Positions 61,296 through 64,000 of a stretch of 64,000 bases of DNA are shown one piece after another (position 1 is the stretch's first letter; the number at the start of each line of letters is the position of its first letter). The position numbers were made by a program, and so were the translations under genes. This DNA comes from a virus. The stretch is taken from IMG/VR virus record IMGVR_UViG_3300042731_005935, positions 19,164 to 83,163 of that record; one strand, written 5' to 3'. The notes under the pieces were generated by a model that did no database searches, was not told the origin of the DNA, and was given only the letters and a program-made list of their open reading frames with translations.

Positions 61296-61304
61296 TGAGT
61301 TCTC

Positions 61305-61505
61305 CTAAAGTTTTGCCGTGAGGTGCTCTGCGGCTTTCATGATAGCAGGACAAACCCAGTACAGAAATCCAAATCCGAATATACCAAGAATAGCAGAAAT
61401 AACAATAGGTGTTAAACTTCTTCTCCTGTTAGCACTTACAAATCCGCAAAGGACGCATAAAGCGGCAAAAAAATATGCCAGCATATAAAACGTTCCGATG
61501 CTCAT
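61305..61505 (-). CDS. Small 2-TM membrane protein
   Basis: Two hydrophobic segments; RBS AGGAG. Confidence 0.65.
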   Translation of the reverse strand: MSIGTFYMLAYFFAALCVLCGFVSANRRRSLTPIVISAILGIFGFGFLYWVCPAIMKAAEHLTAKL

Positions 61506-61515
61506 TTCCTCTCCT

Positions 61516-61794
61516 TTATTTAATGTTGAAATAATCAGTTATTGCCAAAGTGCCCAAAATATCTCCTTCAATATTGTTTTCTTCTCTGATATTATATTGG
61601 AAACAGATCATATAACGTCCGTCCTCTAATTCTATTCCGGTGCAACAATCCGTCCAACATTTTTCACTGCCGCAATATTCAATTAAATGGGCGTTTCCAT
61701 TATGTCTTTCGATTGCTCTTTGAAGAAGTTGGTGGACCGCATTGGTCAATTTCTCCTCATCAAAATTTTCTGGAAGTATCATATGTTTAAACAT
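61516..61794 (-). CDS. Hypothetical protein
   Basis: RBS GAGGAG downstream of HH3. Confidence 0.65.
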   Translation of the reverse strand: MFKHMILPENFDEEKLTNAVHQLLQRAIERHNGNAHLIEYCGSEKCWTDCCTGIELEDGRYMICFQYNIREENNIEGDILGTLAITDYFNIK

Positions 61795-61823
61795 GTCTTC
61801 TCCTCTTGTTTTTTCATTCTAAG

Positions 61824-61890
61824 TGGCTACCTTCGTCAGGTCGTGGTCACCAACCACGACGACCGTGGAGAAGTATTCCACGGTTTCGGC
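61824..61890 (-). ncRNA. Type II hammerhead ribozyme HH3 (cut 61861/61860)
   Basis: GCC GAAAC CGUGGA-AUACUUC-UCCACG GUC / GUCGUGGU-UGGUG-ACCACGAC CUGACGA A GGU AGCCA. Confidence 0.93.
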
Positions 61891-61891
61891 T

Positions 61892-62437
61892 TCATAAATC
61901 TTTAATTATTTTAAAATTATCAATTAAATTTAGATAATCCTTCAGATGCTTCGGATTGTTTTTATGGGTATTTTTGACTTGCTTCTCAAAACTCTTCAAT
62001 GTTCCGTGAAAGCAACCGGTAATTATTTGTATATCATCACCAATCCAGTAAAAGGTTACTTGGTCATTCCTACTGCCAATTGGTTTGCTGACATATCGTT
62101 GCGGATTTGATTTAAATAATGTACAACTATAGCAACTATAGCAACTACAGCAACCATAGCAATCATGGCAACCATAGCAATCATGGCAATTATGGCAATT
62201 ACAGCAACCATAGCAATCATAGCAATCATGGCAATCATAGCAATTATGGCAACCATGGCAATCATGGCAACCATGGCAATTACAGCAACCATAGCAATCA
62301 TGGCAATTATGGCAATTATGGCAATCATGGCAATCAGCTAACGAGTTTGAATATATTATTGCCATTGCCTCTGTAGTAGTTTTTGCATTCCAGGAATTGT
62401 TACTGTCATCAATCCATCTTTCGTTTAATTTCTTCAT
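61892..62437 (-). CDS. Cys-X-X repeat protein
   Basis: About 24 CXX units encoded by a 9-bp tandem repeat (about 62122-62332), then an IGSRND...GCF.GT...F domain. Confidence 0.75.
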   Translation of the reverse strand: MKKLNERWIDDSNNSWNAKTTTEAMAIIYSNSLADCHDCHNCHNCHDCYGCCNCHGCHDCHGCHNCYDCHDCYDCYGCCNCHNCHDCYGCHDCYGCCSCYSCYSCTLFKSNPQRYVSKPIGSRNDQVTFYWIGDDIQIITGCFHGTLKSFEKQVKNTHKNNPKHLKDYLNLIDNFKIIKDL

Positions 62438-62462
62438 TTCATTCTCCTTTAATATGTGTTAT

Positions 62463-62527
62463 TGGCTATCATCATCAGGAGTAAGGCACCACCCTTACTC
62501 GACCGGGAATTACTTCCCGGTTTCGAC
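62463..62527 (-). ncRNA. Type II hammerhead ribozyme HH4 (cut 62501/62500)
   Basis: GUC GAAAC CGGGAA-GUAA-UUCCCG GUC / GAGUAAGG-GUGGUG-CCUUACUC CUGAUGA U GAU AGCCA. Confidence 0.93.
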
Positions 62528-62528
62528 T

Positions 62529-62732
62529 TCATTGCAATTTGCTCAAGTTGACCGTGATTACCTTTTCTTCTTTAGGGGAGTACCATTGTGAATTACCTGA
62601 CACCCATTGGGTTGAATAGCAATAATGGCCACGGTTTGTATCCACAAGATGTTTTGCTGCCCGATTAATATTTTCTTCGTATTCATCCCTCGGATTCGAA
62701 TATCTTTCGAGCATTTTGGTTGCCGTTTTCAT
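62529..62732 (-). CDS. Hypothetical protein
   Basis: Coupled to the upstream ORF; stop codon abuts HH4. Confidence 0.6.
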   Translation of the reverse strand: MKTATKMLERYSNPRDEYEENINRAAKHLVDTNRGHYCYSTQWVSGNSQWYSPKEEKVITVNLSKLQ

Positions 62733-62977
62733 TATTTTTCTCCTTCCAGAACTCGTTTCCAGTTTTTGTAGAAATCCATTGCCGCGTCAGCATTCTTGAA
62801 TTGGAGATAGATAGCATTTTTAATGGTTGGTACTCTATCCCACCTATCCAATTCTTTGTATTTCTTTTTTATACTTTTGAATGTTTCTACGGCTACACTG
62901 AAACCAACTTCTGAATCGAAATAAACTAAAAGTATTTTTGTTTTCTTCATGTAAAAATCAACATACTTTGCTTTCAT
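62732..62977 (-). CDS. Hypothetical protein
   Basis: RBS AAGGAG downstream of HH5. Confidence 0.65.
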   Translation of the reverse strand: MKAKYVDFYMKKTKILLVYFDSEVGFSVAVETFKSIKKKYKELDRWDRVPTIKNAIYLQFKNADAAMDFYKNWKRVLEGEK

Positions 62978-63005
62978 TTCGTTCTCCTTTTTAATTGTAT
63001 TGTTC

Positions 63006-63072
63006 TGGCTACCATCGTCAGGTCGTGGTCACCAACCACGACGACCGTGGAGTAATACTCCACGGTTTCGGC
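63006..63072 (-). ncRNA. Type II hammerhead ribozyme HH5 (cut 63043/63042)
   Basis: GCC GAAAC CGUGGAGU-AUU-ACUCCACG GUC / GUCGUGGU-UGGUG-ACCACGAC CUGACGA U GGU AGCCA. Confidence 0.93.
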
Positions 63073-63504
63073 TTATTCGCAGTATGGAAGTGGATCTGCT
63101 TCGTAAGTAATCGTTCCGCATTTTTTACAATATTCGATTGGTTCACCGGCAAATCCGTTTGATTCTCTTAATTTATGAGAACCACAATTTGGACATTTTA
63201 CTCCGGCCGCTTTCAACCGTTTATCAATGATATACTCTCGATGCATATCCATAAACAGTTTAATTGGGTTATGTCCAAAACGAATATTGATTTTCCATAT
63301 GTAGATATGGAGACTAGTATAAGGATCTTTCCAACTGCCGGAGAATCCGATCCGAAACAATTTAAGATCTTGCCAAGAATGGGCGTTTCCATATCTCCAC
63401 ACCTCAACAAGAGTTCTGCCGTTATGTTGAAGTAACTTTGCCATTTGGATATGAGGAATTCTCCATTTTATCCACAGGTAAATTCTTTTTACTTTTTCTT
63501 TCAT
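63073..63504 (-). CDS. Hypothetical protein with C-terminal Zn ribbon
   Basis: CPNCG...CKKCG; RBS AAGGAG. Confidence 0.65.
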   Translation of the reverse strand: MKEKVKRIYLWIKWRIPHIQMAKLLQHNGRTLVEVWRYGNAHSWQDLKLFRIGFSGSWKDPYTSLHIYIWKINIRFGHNPIKLFMDMHREYIIDKRLKAAGVKCPNCGSHKLRESNGFAGEPIEYCKKCGTITYEADPLPYCE

Positions 63505-63528
63505 GTCTTTTCTCCTTTTTAATGTTAT

Positions 63529-63594
63529 TGGCTATCATCGTCAGTACCATGGCACCACCCACAGTAGACGGGCCCCCCGCAGGCCCGTTTCGAA
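63529..63594 (-). ncRNA. Type II hammerhead ribozyme HH6 (cut 63567/63566)
   Basis: UUC GAAAC GGGCC-UGCGGG-GGCCC GUC / UACUGUGG-GUGGUG-CCAUGGUA CUGACGA U GAU AGCCA. Confidence 0.92.
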
Positions 63595-63759
63595 TTATTT
63601 TAAAACAATATCTCCCGAAGTGATTATATAATAAGCTTTGCTTTCGACTAATTTTTTAGCTGTTCTAAGATCAATCAGTCCAATGTCCCGACCACGTTTA
63701 TCAAGTATATTAATATTATCGCCGAGTAAATTATCTGGATTCATCATTGCTTGATTCAT
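63595..63759 (-). CDS. Hypothetical protein
   Basis: RBS GAGG; stop codon abuts HH6. Confidence 0.55.
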   Translation of the reverse strand: MNQAMMNPDNLLGDNINILDKRGRDIGLIDLRTAKKLVESKAYYIITSGDIVLK

Positions 63760-63787
63760 GATTTTACCTCTCTTTAAGAAAGTTTTT

Positions 63788-63988
63788 TTAAACAAATCCC
63801 TCAAGTTCAGCCACGAACTCTTCCGGAGTCATCCCACACTCAAAACTTTCATGGGCGTTCATGGGTTGGATGCTATCGTTATAGGGGTCGATGTTGGCAC
63901 CAATAAGTTGCTGAACCCTTTTCCACCATTTTCCAAAGTCTCTATAATACAACTCCGCATCATTGAAAATCTGTTTAAATAATTTCAT
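63788..63988 (-). CDS. Hypothetical protein
   Basis: RBS AGGAG at the window edge. Confidence 0.6.
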   Translation of the reverse strand: MKLFKQIFNDAELYYRDFGKWWKRVQQLIGANIDPYNDSIQPMNAHESFECGMTPEEFVAELEGFV

Positions 63989-64000
63989 TGTTTTTCTCCT

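Noticed and set aside
62056-62376. Alternative-frame ORFs (MIAIIA..., NHSNHG...)
   Set aside because: Artefacts of a stop-free 9-bp repeat; no RBS
61892-62437. Multiheme cytochrome c (many CxxCH)
   Set aside because: The motifs overlap as a by-product of the CXX repeat, and there is no signal peptide
60081-63594. Repeated intergenic elements as a CRISPR array, integron attC sites or terminators
   Set aside because: They are spaced by whole genes, lack attC core sites and U-tracts, and their conserved residues are the hammerhead core

Overview
A 64-kb segment of a large tailed (siphovirus-like) bacteriophage genome in the standard genetic code, with no host genes evident. The + strand (1-20878) holds tail genes: a tail chaperone with a -1 frameshift, tape measure, DUF2163 hub, NlpC/P60 and a tail-tip protein. 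These are followed by small membrane/lipoproteins and an 8-gene glycosyltransferase/methyltransferase/acetyltransferase cluster. The - strand (20871-64000) holds recombination, nucleotide-metabolism and replication genes (split Rad50 + Mre11, 5' exonuclease, RecA, dCMP deaminase, ThyA-like, gp32-like SSB, DnaE-UDG fusion, clamp and clamp loader, helicases, primase), then small, probably early, genes. Main discovery: six type II hammerhead ribozymes (60081-63594, - strand) punctuate the early gene array. Each sits just after a stop codon and cuts 62-71 nt before the next start, which suggests a self-processing polycistronic transcript. Also notable are a 165-nt tRNA-like RNA with a 110-nt domain in place of the anticodon/variable arms, and mucin-like poly-Thr tails on virion proteins next to the glycosyltransferase cluster (possible virion O-glycosylation). 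All protein calls come from motif recognition by eye; no database searches were run.
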